A stretch of 64,000 bases of DNA from Candidatus Freyarchaeum deiterrae (GTDB lineage: Archaea; Asgardarchaeota; Jordiarchaeia; Jordiarchaeales; Jordiarchaeaceae), in assembly GCA_037305845.1 (NCBI GenBank), contig CP147778.1:2528001-2592000 (forward strand). The letters are read 5' to 3'. Each line of letters starts with the position of its first letter. Position 1 is the stretch's first letter. Positions 18,345 through 28,369 of this stretch are shown here, one piece after another. Below the pieces are notes generated by a model that was not told where the DNA came from, ran no database searches, and worked only from the letters and a program-made list of their open reading frames with translations. The position numbers were made by a program, and so were the translations under genes.

Positions 18345-18607
18345 GAGCGGATCAACCGTGAGGCCTGTAAACTTCGAAATCTGCGTCAAAAGCTTTCCAA
18401 TGGAAACCATTTGGCATCACTTTCCGCATAATGAGGATTTATCCAACCAACGACAAAATGATAATCCTAGAAGAGAAATGCATAGGCTGCGGAGTGTGCT
18501 CCCACAAATGCCCCAGAGAAGCCATAACCATGATAAGAGTGCGGGAAGAAATACTCGAGGAAAAGATTAGTGGGGCAATGATAGATTCGATAAGGAAAGA
18601 CTACTAA
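18345..18607 (+). pseudogene. Frameshifted 2[4Fe-4S] ferredoxin-domain remnant
   Basis: Across frames: INREACKL/EICVKSFPMETIW..NEDLSN/DKMIILEEKCIGCGVCSHKCPREAITM; a CAAC duplication causes one of the shifts. Confidence 0.7.
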
Positions 18608-18703
18608 TTTCGTTCAAAATGTGTTCTTATTTACGGTCATGTGTCTGCTAGGTAACTCTTCTTAGGTTTGGTAAGACTTATTTGTAAGAAAATGTAAGAT
18701 ATA

Positions 18704-18976
18704 TTGGTGGTAATTGTGGTATCGTTTGAGCAATTGTTTAAGGTTAAAGTTACCTCTAAAGGTCAGGTTGTTATTCCTAAACCCCTCCGCGAATTTTACC
18801 ACATTAGAGAGGGCGAAGAAATACTTATGATTCCTCTTGAGAAAGGCGTTCTAATAAAGAGAGAGGAGGGGTCATCTGAGTTAAGAGGACTACTCAAAGA
18901 GCTTGACGTTGTTGACGTAATCGAACTTGAGGATATTCTCGCTGAAGCGAAAAGAAGCCTCACAAAGATGGTTTAG
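18704..18976 (+). CDS. AbrB/MazE-family antitoxin
   Basis: KVTSKGQVVIPKPLRE..I.EGEE. Confidence 0.9.
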   Translation: MVVIVVSFEQLFKVKVTSKGQVVIPKPLREFYHIREGEEILMIPLEKGVLIKREEGSSELRGLLKELDVVDVIELEDILAEAKRSLTKMV

Positions 18977-19366
18977 ATGAAAACATACGTATCAGATGCC
19001 GTGGCTTTCCTATACTTTCTCTTGGATAGGCTTCCACACGGAGCAGATGAAGTTTTTAAAGAAGCAGAAAAAGGACGGGCTGTTGTATACTTGCCCACGA
19101 TAGCCGCAGCCGAACTCTATTATCTTTTCGAGAAAAAAGGATGGCTAGAACGGTGGGATAAACTCAGAGAAAAAATGTCAGAAGCAGTAACATTTCGATA
19201 TTACCCCTTTGATGAAAAGGTTTTAAACCTCCTTAAATCTAGCAAGGCTAAGGAACTTCATGACAAAATCATAATTTTAACAGCTAAAGCTCTTAAGGCG
19301 GATGCGCTCCTGACAAAGGATGAGGAACTGGTAAAGATTAGAGAAGTAAACATTATTTGGACATGA
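18977..19366 (+). CDS. vapC: PIN-domain VapC toxin
   Basis: YVSDAVA, AAEL, LHD.II..TA, LLTKD. Confidence 0.88.
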   Translation: MKTYVSDAVAFLYFLLDRLPHGADEVFKEAEKGRAVVYLPTIAAAELYYLFEKKGWLERWDKLREKMSEAVTFRYYPFDEKVLNLLKSSKAKELHDKIIILTAKALKADALLTKDEELVKIREVNIIWT

Positions 19367-19698
19367 GCAATTATTGACTTCCACTTTAAAGAATGCCGTG
19401 CACCAATAAAATTTTCATTCATGGTTGTGTTTTAAGAAGCTAATTAAACTTGACTTATGCCCGAATACATTGTCAACTTCTTTTAGGGGATCCCTCAAAA
19501 TTAATCTTAAGTTGACACTATCCCACCTTAGAAGACTAGATGAGAAAGCAGGCAGCAGTTCACTTCAGTTTATAAAAATCCTTTTAATAAAAAATTCCAA
19601 AGTTTTTAATATGGTTCATTGTTCCTGTTTTCAATTCCTTATGAAGCGGGACAACGAATGGTAGACCAAAACTTAATAAAACGAGCAGAACGATAATA

Positions 19699-20391
19699 AT
19701 GAGAGTACTTGGGAGGTACCCTACCGTGTCAAGAAAATCTCAGCCAGACAAAAGCAACGCTAAAACGGGGGAAAAATATGATAAATTGCTCGAAAAAGGC
19801 AACGCTCTTCATAAGCTTGGTAAACTTGACGAAGCACTAAAAAGTTTTAACGAGGCAATAAAAATAAACCCAGAAGATCCAGAAGTCTGGACTAATAAGG
19901 GTGCTGCTCTTTTTGGGCTGGGCAGGTTTGAAGATGCCCTAGAATGCTTTGATGAGGCAATAAAAATAAACCCAGAAGATGCAGTAGCATGGTATAATAA
20001 GGGTGCTGCTCTCAATGAACTTGGTAGAGCTGAGGAAGCCGTAAAATGCCATGACGAGGCAATAAAAATAGACCCCGAAGATGCGGGAGTCTGGACTAAT
20101 AAGGGTGCTGCTCTTTTTGGGCTGGGCAGAATTGATGAAGCCCTAGAATGCTTTGATGAGGCAATAAAAATAGACCCCGAGTATGAAAACGCTTGGACTA
20201 ATAAGGGTGCTGCTCTTTTTGGGCTGGGCAGAATTGATGAAGCCCTAGAAAGCTATGACGATGCAATAAAAATAAACCCAAAGTATGCAAGAGCATGGTA
20301 TAATAAGGGTGTTGTCCTTCATGATCTTGGTAGAGATGAGGAAGCCAAGCGATGCTTTGATGAAGCCGCCAAATTAAACCCAGAGCTTTAA
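19699..20391 (+). CDS. TPR-repeat protein
   Basis: About six 34-aa repeats (WxNKGxALxxLGRxxEALxCFDEAIKIxP) with near-identical DNA units. Confidence 0.92.
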   Translation: MRVLGRYPTVSRKSQPDKSNAKTGEKYDKLLEKGNALHKLGKLDEALKSFNEAIKINPEDPEVWTNKGAALFGLGRFEDALECFDEAIKINPEDAVAWYNKGAALNELGRAEEAVKCHDEAIKIDPEDAGVWTNKGAALFGLGRIDEALECFDEAIKIDPEYENAWTNKGAALFGLGRIDEALESYDDAIKINPKYARAWYNKGVVLHDLGRDEEAKRCFDEAAKLNPEL

Positions 20392-20435
20392 CCCTCATTC
20401 AGATAGGTAGGTTGCCGCAACCCACATGAAATCTC

Positions 20436-22802
20436 CTACATGGGTTTTTCCACAAGTTCTGAACCTATGGTAGGTAAACTGCGCAGTTCCTCCGTGAACT
20501 CTTTTATTACATTGGCGAACTTTTTGCCCTCTGATGCTGAGGCGCTTTCCAGCTTTAGCCTCTTTGGATTGATGCCTATTGATTTGAGCATCTCCTTTAG
20601 AACTTCTACTCGCCGCTGAGTTTTCAGGAACCCTGTTCTGTAATGACAGTCTTGAGGGTAGCATCCCATTATGAGTACTCCATCCGCTCCCTTCTCCAGA
20701 GCCTCAAGTACAAATTGTGGATTCACTCTTCCACTGCACATTACCCATATGGGTCTTACGTTGGTGGGGTATCTTACCTTGTTTAGTCCCGCGGTGTCTG
20801 CGGCTTCGTAGGCGCAGTAATTGCAGAGGAATGCAATTATGAGTGGATACTCTTTCTTCTCCTTGAGGGCGGTGTCTATCTGACTGATTATCTGGGCATC
20901 TGTGGATATTGGAATCTGTATTGCTCCCGATGGGCAAGCCGCTGCGCACGCTCCGCAACCTTCGCAGCCAGCTTCGCTTACGCTTACTCCTTCTTTGCTT
21001 ATGGTGATTACTCCTCGGTCGCAAGCGGTGGCGCATATGCCGCATTTAAAGCATTCTTCGGGGTCTATGACTGGGACGTAGGGTTCGATTTCCACCTCTC
21101 CCTTTGAGAGCAGTCCGGCAACTTTTGCTGCTGCTGCTCCTGCTTGAGAGACGCTGTCCTGTATGTCTTTGGGGCTCTGAGCGCATCCCGCGACATAGAC
21201 TCCCGGTGTCTGGGTTTCTACTGGCCTTAGTTTGGGGTGACGCTCAAGGACGAAACCGTCGCTGCTCAGAGGAACCCCTAGATTTGATAAGAGGTTTTCT
21301 TCTTCTATTGGAGGGGATATGCCTATTGAGAGTACCACGAGGTCTGCTTCAACCTCCACTGGGTGCCCCATTAGGCTGTCTTCCGCTCTTACTATGAGGT
21401 TCTTGGTTTTAGGATTCTCGAGTATCTTGCTGACTCTTCCTCTTATGAATCGAATTCTGTACTCGCTTAACGCGTCTTGGTAAGCTTCCTCGAATCCCTT
21501 GCCGAAGGTTCTCATGTCCTGATAGAATATGTATACCTCGGATTCTGGAACGTGGTCCTTTACTTCCTTGGCTTCTTTTACGGCGTAGGTGCAGCAAACC
21601 CGAGAACAGTAAGGTTTACCGATGCTTTCGTCTCTGGAACCAACACACTGTACGAAAACGATTTTTTTTGGTGGCATGCCATCGGATGGTCTGACGATGT
21701 CTCCCAGCGTGGGCCCGGAGGCGCAGAACATTCTTTCCAACTCTAGGCTTGTGACTACGTTGTCAAATCTGCCGTAGCCATAATTGTCCTTGATTGTGGG
21801 GTCGAAGGGCTCAAAGCCCGTGGCGAGGATTATTGCTCCGAAGGTATCTTCAATTATCTCCTCTTTCTGGTCTAGGTCTATTGCCTCCCTGTTGCAAACA
21901 CCTTCACAGTTTCGGCAACCCACGCAGTGATCCGGATCGATAGTGTAAACAGTGGGTGTCGCTTGGGGGAAGGGCATATAAACGGCTTTCCTCATTCCCA
22001 GTCCGCAGTCAAATTCGCTGGGGACTTCAATTGGGCAGTAGTCGGCGCAGATTCCGCAGCCCGTGCACTCTTCCTCCTTAATGAATCGGGCCTTTTTTCT
22101 TATCTTAACCTTGAAATTGCCTATCTCGCCTGATACGCTATCTACCTCTGCGTATGTGATTAGCTTAATGTGGGGGTGTCTATTCGCTTCTACCATCAGG
22201 GGCGCAAGAATACATATGCTGCAGTCATGGTAGGGGAAAACCTTGTCCAGCTGGCTCATATGGCCTCCGATGCTGGGATTCCTTTCAACCAAGGAAACAT
22301 CATATCCCATATCCGCCAGATTAAGTGATGCATTAATTCCAGCCACGCCTCCTCCTATGACCAGAACTTTCTTCTCCACGGGCACCGTGTGTTTAGGCTG
22401 TGGCTGCATGAGTCGGGCTCTCTCGATAGCCATTTTTATAAGGTCTTCCGCCTTATTGGTCGCCCTTACGCTATCCCCCTTATGAACCCAAGAACACTGC
22501 TCCCTAATGTTAGCAATCACTAATAAATACTTGTTTAATCCAGCCTCCTCCACGGTTTGCCGGAATAGCTTTTCATGAAGTTTAGGCGTACAGGAGGCGA
22601 CAACAACCCTCTCCAATTTTTCCTCTTTTATCTTCTCACTTATAATCTTGAGGCCAGGATCGGCACACATGTAGGTGTAATCTTCAACATAAACATTCGG
22701 CAACTTTTTGAGTGATTCAACAAGATTGGGCATGTTAACTACGCCAGCGATGTTCGACCCGCAATGGCATACGAACACTCCAACCTTGGGAACTTCAGAC
22801 AT
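20436..22802 (-). CDS. hdrA: Heterodisulfide reductase subunit A fused to MvhD
   Basis: GVFVCHCGSNIAG, GGGVAG, QCVGSRD, YCSRVCC, ferredoxin motifs; C-terminal MvhD FLCNYC..MCSGRV..GCYPQDCHY. Confidence 0.95.
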   Translation of the reverse strand: MSEVPKVGVFVCHCGSNIAGVVNMPNLVESLKKLPNVYVEDYTYMCADPGLKIISEKIKEEKLERVVVASCTPKLHEKLFRQTVEEAGLNKYLLVIANIREQCSWVHKGDSVRATNKAEDLIKMAIERARLMQPQPKHTVPVEKKVLVIGGGVAGINASLNLADMGYDVSLVERNPSIGGHMSQLDKVFPYHDCSICILAPLMVEANRHPHIKLITYAEVDSVSGEIGNFKVKIRKKARFIKEEECTGCGICADYCPIEVPSEFDCGLGMRKAVYMPFPQATPTVYTIDPDHCVGCRNCEGVCNREAIDLDQKEEIIEDTFGAIILATGFEPFDPTIKDNYGYGRFDNVVTSLELERMFCASGPTLGDIVRPSDGMPPKKIVFVQCVGSRDESIGKPYCSRVCCTYAVKEAKEVKDHVPESEVYIFYQDMRTFGKGFEEAYQDALSEYRIRFIRGRVSKILENPKTKNLIVRAEDSLMGHPVEVEADLVVLSIGISPPIEEENLLSNLGVPLSSDGFVLERHPKLRPVETQTPGVYVAGCAQSPKDIQDSVSQAGAAAAKVAGLLSKGEVEIEPYVPVIDPEECFKCGICATACDRGVITISKEGVSVSEAGCEGCGACAAACPSGAIQIPISTDAQIISQIDTALKEKKEYPLIIAFLCNYCAYEAADTAGLNKVRYPTNVRPIWVMCSGRVNPQFVLEALEKGADGVLIMGCYPQDCHYRTGFLKTQRRVEVLKEMLKSIGINPKRLKLESASASEGKKFANVIKEFTEELRSLPTIGSELVEKPM

Positions 22803-22871
22803 AATTTTTTACACCTTCTCCAAACTAAACGGGTGTGCCATGAAAAATTCACACACACAACTAACTCACAT

Positions 22872-22926
22872 TTCTAAGAAACGGTTATCCACCTCATTTA
22901 TAAAGATTCCACCAAAATCATCCGCC
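22872..22926 (-). promoter_or_regulatory. hdrA-mvhD promoter, near-identical to the polyferredoxin promoter
   Basis: GGCGGATGATTTtgGTGGAAtctTTATAAATGAG..ACCGT..TAGAA. Confidence 0.75.
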
Positions 22927-23118
22927 CATTCGCCTCAGAATATAAAAATCAAGCGTTCCTAAGCCAAAATTTAGACCTCTTGCGTCCAAAGTTTTGAGTC
23001 AATGCGTTTTGTGATAAAATACTAAAAAGAGGAATAGACACATACTCGAACCTAAAGCAGTCGAATTATTTTTTTTATAATTGTTCAACTTTGCGGTATT
23101 GATAATTTGAGTTTTATC

Positions 23119-23550
23119 TTATCCCTTAACTTTTCTCAGGACGATGCAGTTCTCCAGGCTTATTATCCCTTTTGTTTCTCTCATTTTTTCCACGAAGTCG
23201 TTCAGTTCTAGGAGATTATTAACGTGAACCTTCATGTTTAAGCCGCAGCCGCCGGTCATGAGATGCGCTTCTTCTACTTCCTTCATTTCGGCGATTTTGT
23301 TTATTATCTCATTCTGTCTGTGTGCTGCTGGGTGCACGGTTACCAGTGCTGTTATTCTGTTCCCGAATAATTCGGGATTCAGTATTATTGTAAATTTTTT
23401 AATGATTCCCTCATCCATTAATCTCTGAACTCTCTTTTTGACGGTTATAATGCTTAAACCGAGTTCCTCCGAAATATCCTTGATTGATTTTCTACTGTCT
23501 TCCGAGAGAATCTTAATCAGTTTCTCATCTGTATCATCAATTTTTATCAT
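23119..23550 (-). CDS. Lrp/AsnC-family regulator
   Basis: IDDTDEKLIKILSEDSRKS..ISEELGLS..RVQRL..GIIKKFT. Confidence 0.93.
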   Translation of the reverse strand: MIKIDDTDEKLIKILSEDSRKSIKDISEELGLSIITVKKRVQRLMDEGIIKKFTIILNPELFGNRITALVTVHPAAHRQNEIINKIAEMKEVEEAHLMTGGCGLNMKVHVNNLLELNDFVEKMRETKGIISLENCIVLRKVKG

Positions 23551-23760
23551 CCTTTGAAAACCTCGTTTTTTATTTAGTGAAGTTACCTGCCTGTATATCA
23601 GTGATTCCGGCTTCTATATTCGACTAATGCCAATGGATAAAATAATCCTAGTTGTGTTTTTGAAAGGGCAGAATAGATTAGCCTTTTGATAGGTGTTAAT
23701 ACTTTTGACCAGGAAAGTTGGTTCTTTTTACTGATTCTGGTTTAGAAGTTCCTGCTTATG

Positions 23761-24201
23761 CTAAATTAGTAGTGATCTTTTTAGTTCTTTTAACGCGATG
23801 CAGCTTTCTAAAGCTGTAATTGTCGGTTCCTTTTGCAGTTTTTCTAGGAAGCCGTTTAAACTCTGTAAATCCTTAACCACAACCTTCATGTTTACTCCAC
23901 ACTTCCCTGACATGGAGTATGCTTCCACCACTTCGGGCAAGTATTTTACCAGTTCTTCTACTTCTCTTTCCCTCTGGTTCTGAGGATAAGCAGTAACATA
24001 AGCAATTACCGATCTCCCGCTCTTCTCTGGATTGAGGGCTAGCGTGAACTTCTCTATAACTTTGTCCTCCACCAGTTTTTTAACTCTCTTCCTCACCGTG
24101 GATTCTGTTACTCCTAGTTCGTCAGCAATTTCTCGGTACGGTCTCCGACAATCACTGATTAGCATATCAACAATTTTCTTGTTTACTTGATCCATTTCCA
24201 T
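23761..24201 (-). CDS. Lrp/AsnC-family regulator (tandem paralog)
   Basis: DCRRPYREIADELGVTESTVRKRVKKL; shares an MxGxCG.NMKV motif with its neighbour. Confidence 0.93.
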   Translation of the reverse strand: MEMDQVNKKIVDMLISDCRRPYREIADELGVTESTVRKRVKKLVEDKVIEKFTLALNPEKSGRSVIAYVTAYPQNQREREVEELVKYLPEVVEAYSMSGKCGVNMKVVVKDLQSLNGFLEKLQKEPTITALESCIALKELKRSLLI

Positions 24202-24806
24202 GGTTATCTATCTCCTCCTTAGCGGAACCTAATTCGACTGTTTTTGATGCTCTTCATTACTTGCTATTACTTATTTCGGAAAATTTATAAACATTTTGAA
24301 ATATAAACGCATCTTTTTGAAAAAAAAATAATGAAAATGGTAATTAATAATCCCAAAAATCCGAGTGCATATTAAATATAGCCCACTTAATCATTTTAGA
24401 AGGAAATGCTCGGTAATTTTGCGAATTTAAACGTTAATCATTCCTGATTCTAACGAAACTAGCACTATGAGAAAGAAAATAAGCTCCATTCCGGTTCCAA
24501 TATCTGTAAAATGGGTATTAACTTTAAAAGTGGAAAAACCTTTCCTATTTTAGGCAAAAATTTGCAAAAACTAACCTAAAAAGTAGTATAAAATTATCCA
24601 ATTTTACCAATAATGGTACCACAAGGTTTTTAAGATGGGTTATTTTGGTGTCGCGCTGGGACTTACTTCGGAAAAAGCTTTCCTAAATTCGTACTTTTAG
24701 CTGCTTAAACTTCACAAATCATCACAGAATATGGCTTGAAATTCCTATTTCTGACCCCCACTGTATTATATTATAGAGAGAGAAAAAATTGCGGAAGTGG
24801 TGAGTT

Positions 24807-25379
24807 ATGAAAGTTTATGTTCCCCTGAAAGAGAATAAAAATCCCGGTGCGACCATGTGGGTCGCGAAAGTAGGATATGAATTAAATGTAGCCTTTTACG
24901 CCATTTCTGACAATATGAATGAGTTATACGAATCTGTAAATGAGAAAGCCCAAAACCACTACTCTGGATTACTGGAACTAAAAAAGAGCTTCCTCAATGT
25001 AAAAAAGACCCGCTTAGGCGAGGTGGACATACCGGAGAACATAATAAACTCAGCCACAAGAAAAATCGAAGAAAAGGAAAACCAAGAGGTAAAAATACCT
25101 CCAAGCATTTTGGTTCCTTTAGAACTAGAGTTGGTTCCCGTAGTGAATTTCGACACTGATGATATGGACCCCGAATTCAGTCGATTTGTTGAGGCTAGAA
25201 ACATACTATCCAAAGAAGAGATAAAATTCCTCAACGGGTTAGACGATGAATCCAAACTCACTTTAATTGCAAATGAGGACCAGCTAGTTTGGCTGTGCCA
25301 AAAGGGTAACGAAAAAGCAGATTACGACGCAATTAACGGAAAAAGATTAGTTAACGAATTAATAAATTTAAGGAGTTGA
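24807..25379 (+). CDS. Hypothetical protein
   Basis: 190-aa ORF, GGTGA SD, 6 nt upstream of the next gene. Confidence 0.7.
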   Translation: MKVYVPLKENKNPGATMWVAKVGYELNVAFYAISDNMNELYESVNEKAQNHYSGLLELKKSFLNVKKTRLGEVDIPENIINSATRKIEEKENQEVKIPPSILVPLELELVPVVNFDTDDMDPEFSRFVEARNILSKEEIKFLNGLDDESKLTLIANEDQLVWLCQKGNEKADYDAINGKRLVNELINLRS

Positions 25380-25385
25380 GAAAGG

Positions 25386-26228
25386 ATGAATATGGAAAAA
25401 ATGGTTCACGGACAATTCATAACCATAGCGCTATTCGATCCACCGGAGGGACTCGACACTTTCAAATTCGTCCATGAGGTGGAAGCCTTCTGCGGTTTCG
25501 TAGACGCCATTATGGTTCCTGACTCAACTAATGAATACATCCACATGAGCCCGATTATACCCAGTATGCTTCTTGCTCAGTGTAATGTGGAACCAATTAT
25601 GGAAATCGCTTATGGGAGCAGAAGTGAAAAAGCAGTTTTTTCCGATGTCCTAGCCGCATTAACTGCTGGAGTCCGAAACATAGTATTCGTTGCAAAAAGT
25701 GATGATGAAGTATACGCTGAAAAAAACATTCTTGAGGTCATAAAAGAGGTCCGAAAAATGGTAGATGAACTGGACTTCGAGGACCCAGACTACGAACTAG
25801 ATCTCAAGATTGGTTTATCAATTAACCCCCTAACCGAAGAAAGGGTCGACTTCAAAGAAGCCAAAGAATCAGGAGTAGACTTCATAATCGCACTCGAAAC
25901 CTACGACCCCGCCCTCATATTCGACATTCTCCATCGAGCTAAAGAAGCAGGACTATACACGATAATGAAGGTTGGAGTATTCACTTCTGTAAACCAAGCC
26001 AAATTCGCACACAAATTCATACCTGAACTATCGGTCCCCGAAGAACTCCTAGACAAACTAAGTAATGCTGAAGACCAATTAGAAACTGGTGTCGAATACG
26101 CAAGAGAGCACATAAAAACATTAATGGAACTGGGTGCCGACGGAGTATGTCTTATGCCCATCAAAGAAACCAAAGCTTACGAGATACTCCACAATACTCT
26201 AAATATTAGCGCCAAAAATATCGAATGA
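25386..26228 (+). CDS. MetF-like (methylenetetrahydrofolate reductase fold) protein, degenerate
   Basis: PPEG, VDAIMVPD, HMSP, GVRNI, VPEELL, GADGVCLMP align with MetF; TCRDRN, TGD and TQ motifs are lost. Confidence 0.75.
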   Translation: MNMEKMVHGQFITIALFDPPEGLDTFKFVHEVEAFCGFVDAIMVPDSTNEYIHMSPIIPSMLLAQCNVEPIMEIAYGSRSEKAVFSDVLAALTAGVRNIVFVAKSDDEVYAEKNILEVIKEVRKMVDELDFEDPDYELDLKIGLSINPLTEERVDFKEAKESGVDFIIALETYDPALIFDILHRAKEAGLYTIMKVGVFTSVNQAKFAHKFIPELSVPEELLDKLSNAEDQLETGVEYAREHIKTLMELGADGVCLMPIKETKAYEILHNTLNISAKNIE

Positions 26229-26681
26229 AATCAAATTTTCCCCTTTTTTTAACATTTTTTAAAAAATCCACTGACAGGTATCTAAATTCTTCCCACAAAT
26301 TTTCCTAAAAACGGAATTATTAATCTGAAATATGCCATTTTTTGTTATTTTTCCGTTTTTTATTACCAAAATCGAAAATCACTACTCATATCAATTCATT
26401 TTATCCCGATTTTAGGAAAAAATAATGCCTAAACCTCCCTTTTTTTATACATTTTCGTGATAATTTGTTGGTTTAAGGAAAAAATTCTATGAAAAATGAT
26501 TGTTTAGGAAGCTTCTCTTCCGTTTTTGATTACTTTTACCCATTTAAAACTATTACTTATTAACTATTTAGCGGTTTTATTTTCCTAATTTTCGTATTTT
26601 TATTTCCTAATACGTGACATTTACTTTATAAGTAAAGTTATTGCTAAAGTAACATAAGATAATGAAGGAGGTAGAGTTAAA

Positions 26682-26993
26682 ATGATGTCATTCTCGAAGG
26701 AAAAACTGGCTGCTGTTGAGCTAGCTGAGCTCGTAAGCAGAATAGATACGGAAGTTAGAGAGGATCTAGTAGAGGATCTAGTAGAAACCTGCCTAGAAAC
26801 TAAAAACGCTGAAACCATGCCCCCAGAATACGCTAGAGGCGTCCTACACTTGTGGAGGAATGGAAAGCTGGAATCAAACAACGGCTTGAAAGTACTCCTA
26901 AAAGCTACTCTGAGTGTGGAACCAGAAAAAACCGCAGAAGTTTTTGAGAAATACGGATGCAAAGAAATGGCTGATTACATAAGAAGCCCCTAA
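26682..26993 (+). CDS. Helical hypothetical protein upstream of mer
   Basis: 103-aa ORF with GGAGG SD. Confidence 0.75.
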   Translation: MMSFSKEKLAAVELAELVSRIDTEVREDLVEDLVETCLETKNAETMPPEYARGVLHLWRNGKLESNNGLKVLLKATLSVEPEKTAEVFEKYGCKEMADYIRSP

Positions 26994-27070
26994 ATCTCTC
27001 TCACCCCTTTTCAAGCTAACTTTTTAAAATTAAATTTTAGAACTTAAAAAAAATTAAGGGAGAATTAAAA

Positions 27071-28066
27071 ATGGTAAAACTGGGAATTGAGCTTGTACCC
27101 CAACAGAGGATTGACAAAATTGTGGAGTACATAAAAAAAGCCGAAGAACAAAATTTCGACTTCGCGTGGATCACTGACCACTACAACAATCGCAACACTT
27201 ATGTCACTCTAACTATGGCCGCGTTGAATACAACAAAAATTAAAATTGGAACCGGGGTAACAAATCCCTTTCTGGTAAATCCGGCAGTGACCGCCTCAGC
27301 CATAGCCTCTATACATGAGGTCTCGAATGGGAGGGCAATTCTGGGAATTGGAGCAGGAGACTCCACAACCCTGAAACAATTAGGCGTGGAATGGAAAAAA
27401 CCATTATCAGCTGTCCAAGAAACTATAACCATAGTTAAAAAATTGTGGGCAGGGGAATCAGTCCATTGTGAAGGTGAAGTATTCAACATCAAAAGCGCAC
27501 GATTAAACTTCAAAAACAAGTTAGGACCAATCCCAATTTATGTCGGCGCTCAAGGACCCAAAATGCTATCCATGGCCGTCGAATTGGGAGACGGAGCATT
27601 AATAAACGCTTCTCACCCCGTGGACATCGAACCAGCCACTACACAAATAAAAGAAGCGATAAAAGCGAAAGGTGACTCCCACAATTTCGACATCGCCGCC
27701 TACACCAGCTTTTCACTCGCAGACACCGAAGAAGAAGCTAAAAAACTAGCAGCACCAGTAGTAGCTTTCATAGTAGCAGCAACACCCGCAATCGTACTCG
27801 AAAGACACGAAATATCGGAGGAAAACGCAAACAAAATAAGAGAACTACTAGGACAGGGAAAAATCCCCCAAGCGTTCGCCGCGGTAACGGAAGATATGAT
27901 AGACGCCTTCTCAATCTGTGGAACAAAAGAAACCTGCACGGAAAAAATGATTGACCTCAAAGAAATAGGAGTATCACAAATCGTAGTCGGATCACCTATT
28001 GCGGAAGACAAAAATAAAGCCATTAAAACAATTGGAACCGAAATCTTACCCAACCTGAACCAATAA
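27071..28066 (+). CDS. mer: F420-dependent 5,10-methylene-H4MPT reductase
   Basis: WITDHYNNRN, GTGVTNP, GRAILGIGAGD, IYVGAQGPKML, ALINASHP. Confidence 0.95.
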   Translation: MVKLGIELVPQQRIDKIVEYIKKAEEQNFDFAWITDHYNNRNTYVTLTMAALNTTKIKIGTGVTNPFLVNPAVTASAIASIHEVSNGRAILGIGAGDSTTLKQLGVEWKKPLSAVQETITIVKKLWAGESVHCEGEVFNIKSARLNFKNKLGPIPIYVGAQGPKMLSMAVELGDGALINASHPVDIEPATTQIKEAIKAKGDSHNFDIAAYTSFSLADTEEEAKKLAAPVVAFIVAATPAIVLERHEISEENANKIRELLGQGKIPQAFAAVTEDMIDAFSICGTKETCTEKMIDLKEIGVSQIVVGSPIAEDKNKAIKTIGTEILPNLNQ

Positions 28067-28369
28067 ATTTTTTTAAACCAACCCACCCCCCATCCAATAT
28101 ATTAATGGTTACACGCCTCATTTTCAAAAAAACTCCGTATAATTCTACTTTTAACAGAAAATGAATTCCAAGGTTAAGTTAATCCGAAAATAACTCTCTC
28201 GGATAGAGCTATTTTAAAACCTATTTTAAAAACCGCTTTCCTATTTATAATATACTGCTTAAGCTTACAATCTTTAAACATACAGTCAAAAATATATACC
28301 CCTTCATAGTCGTAAACACGGGCAAAAACATTAAGCCCCACGCCTAAAAAAAGGAGGCTTGTAACAGGA

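Larger units (their letters stand above)
18276..19522. mobile_element. Non-autonomous transposon (1247 bp) carrying a vapBC-type TA pair
   Basis: 25-bp perfect TIR GATAGTGTCAACTTAAGATTAATTT (18276-18300 / 19498-19522); 8-bp TSD CCACCTTA at 18268-18275 and 19523-19530; no transposase inside. Confidence 0.9.

Noticed and set aside
19800-20380. CRISPR-like direct repeats
   Set aside because: They are 102-bp in-frame TPR coding repeats with no unique spacers.
20436-22802. Selenocysteine recoding in HdrA/MvhD
   Set aside because: The ORF is continuous with Cys at the relevant positions; no in-frame TGA.
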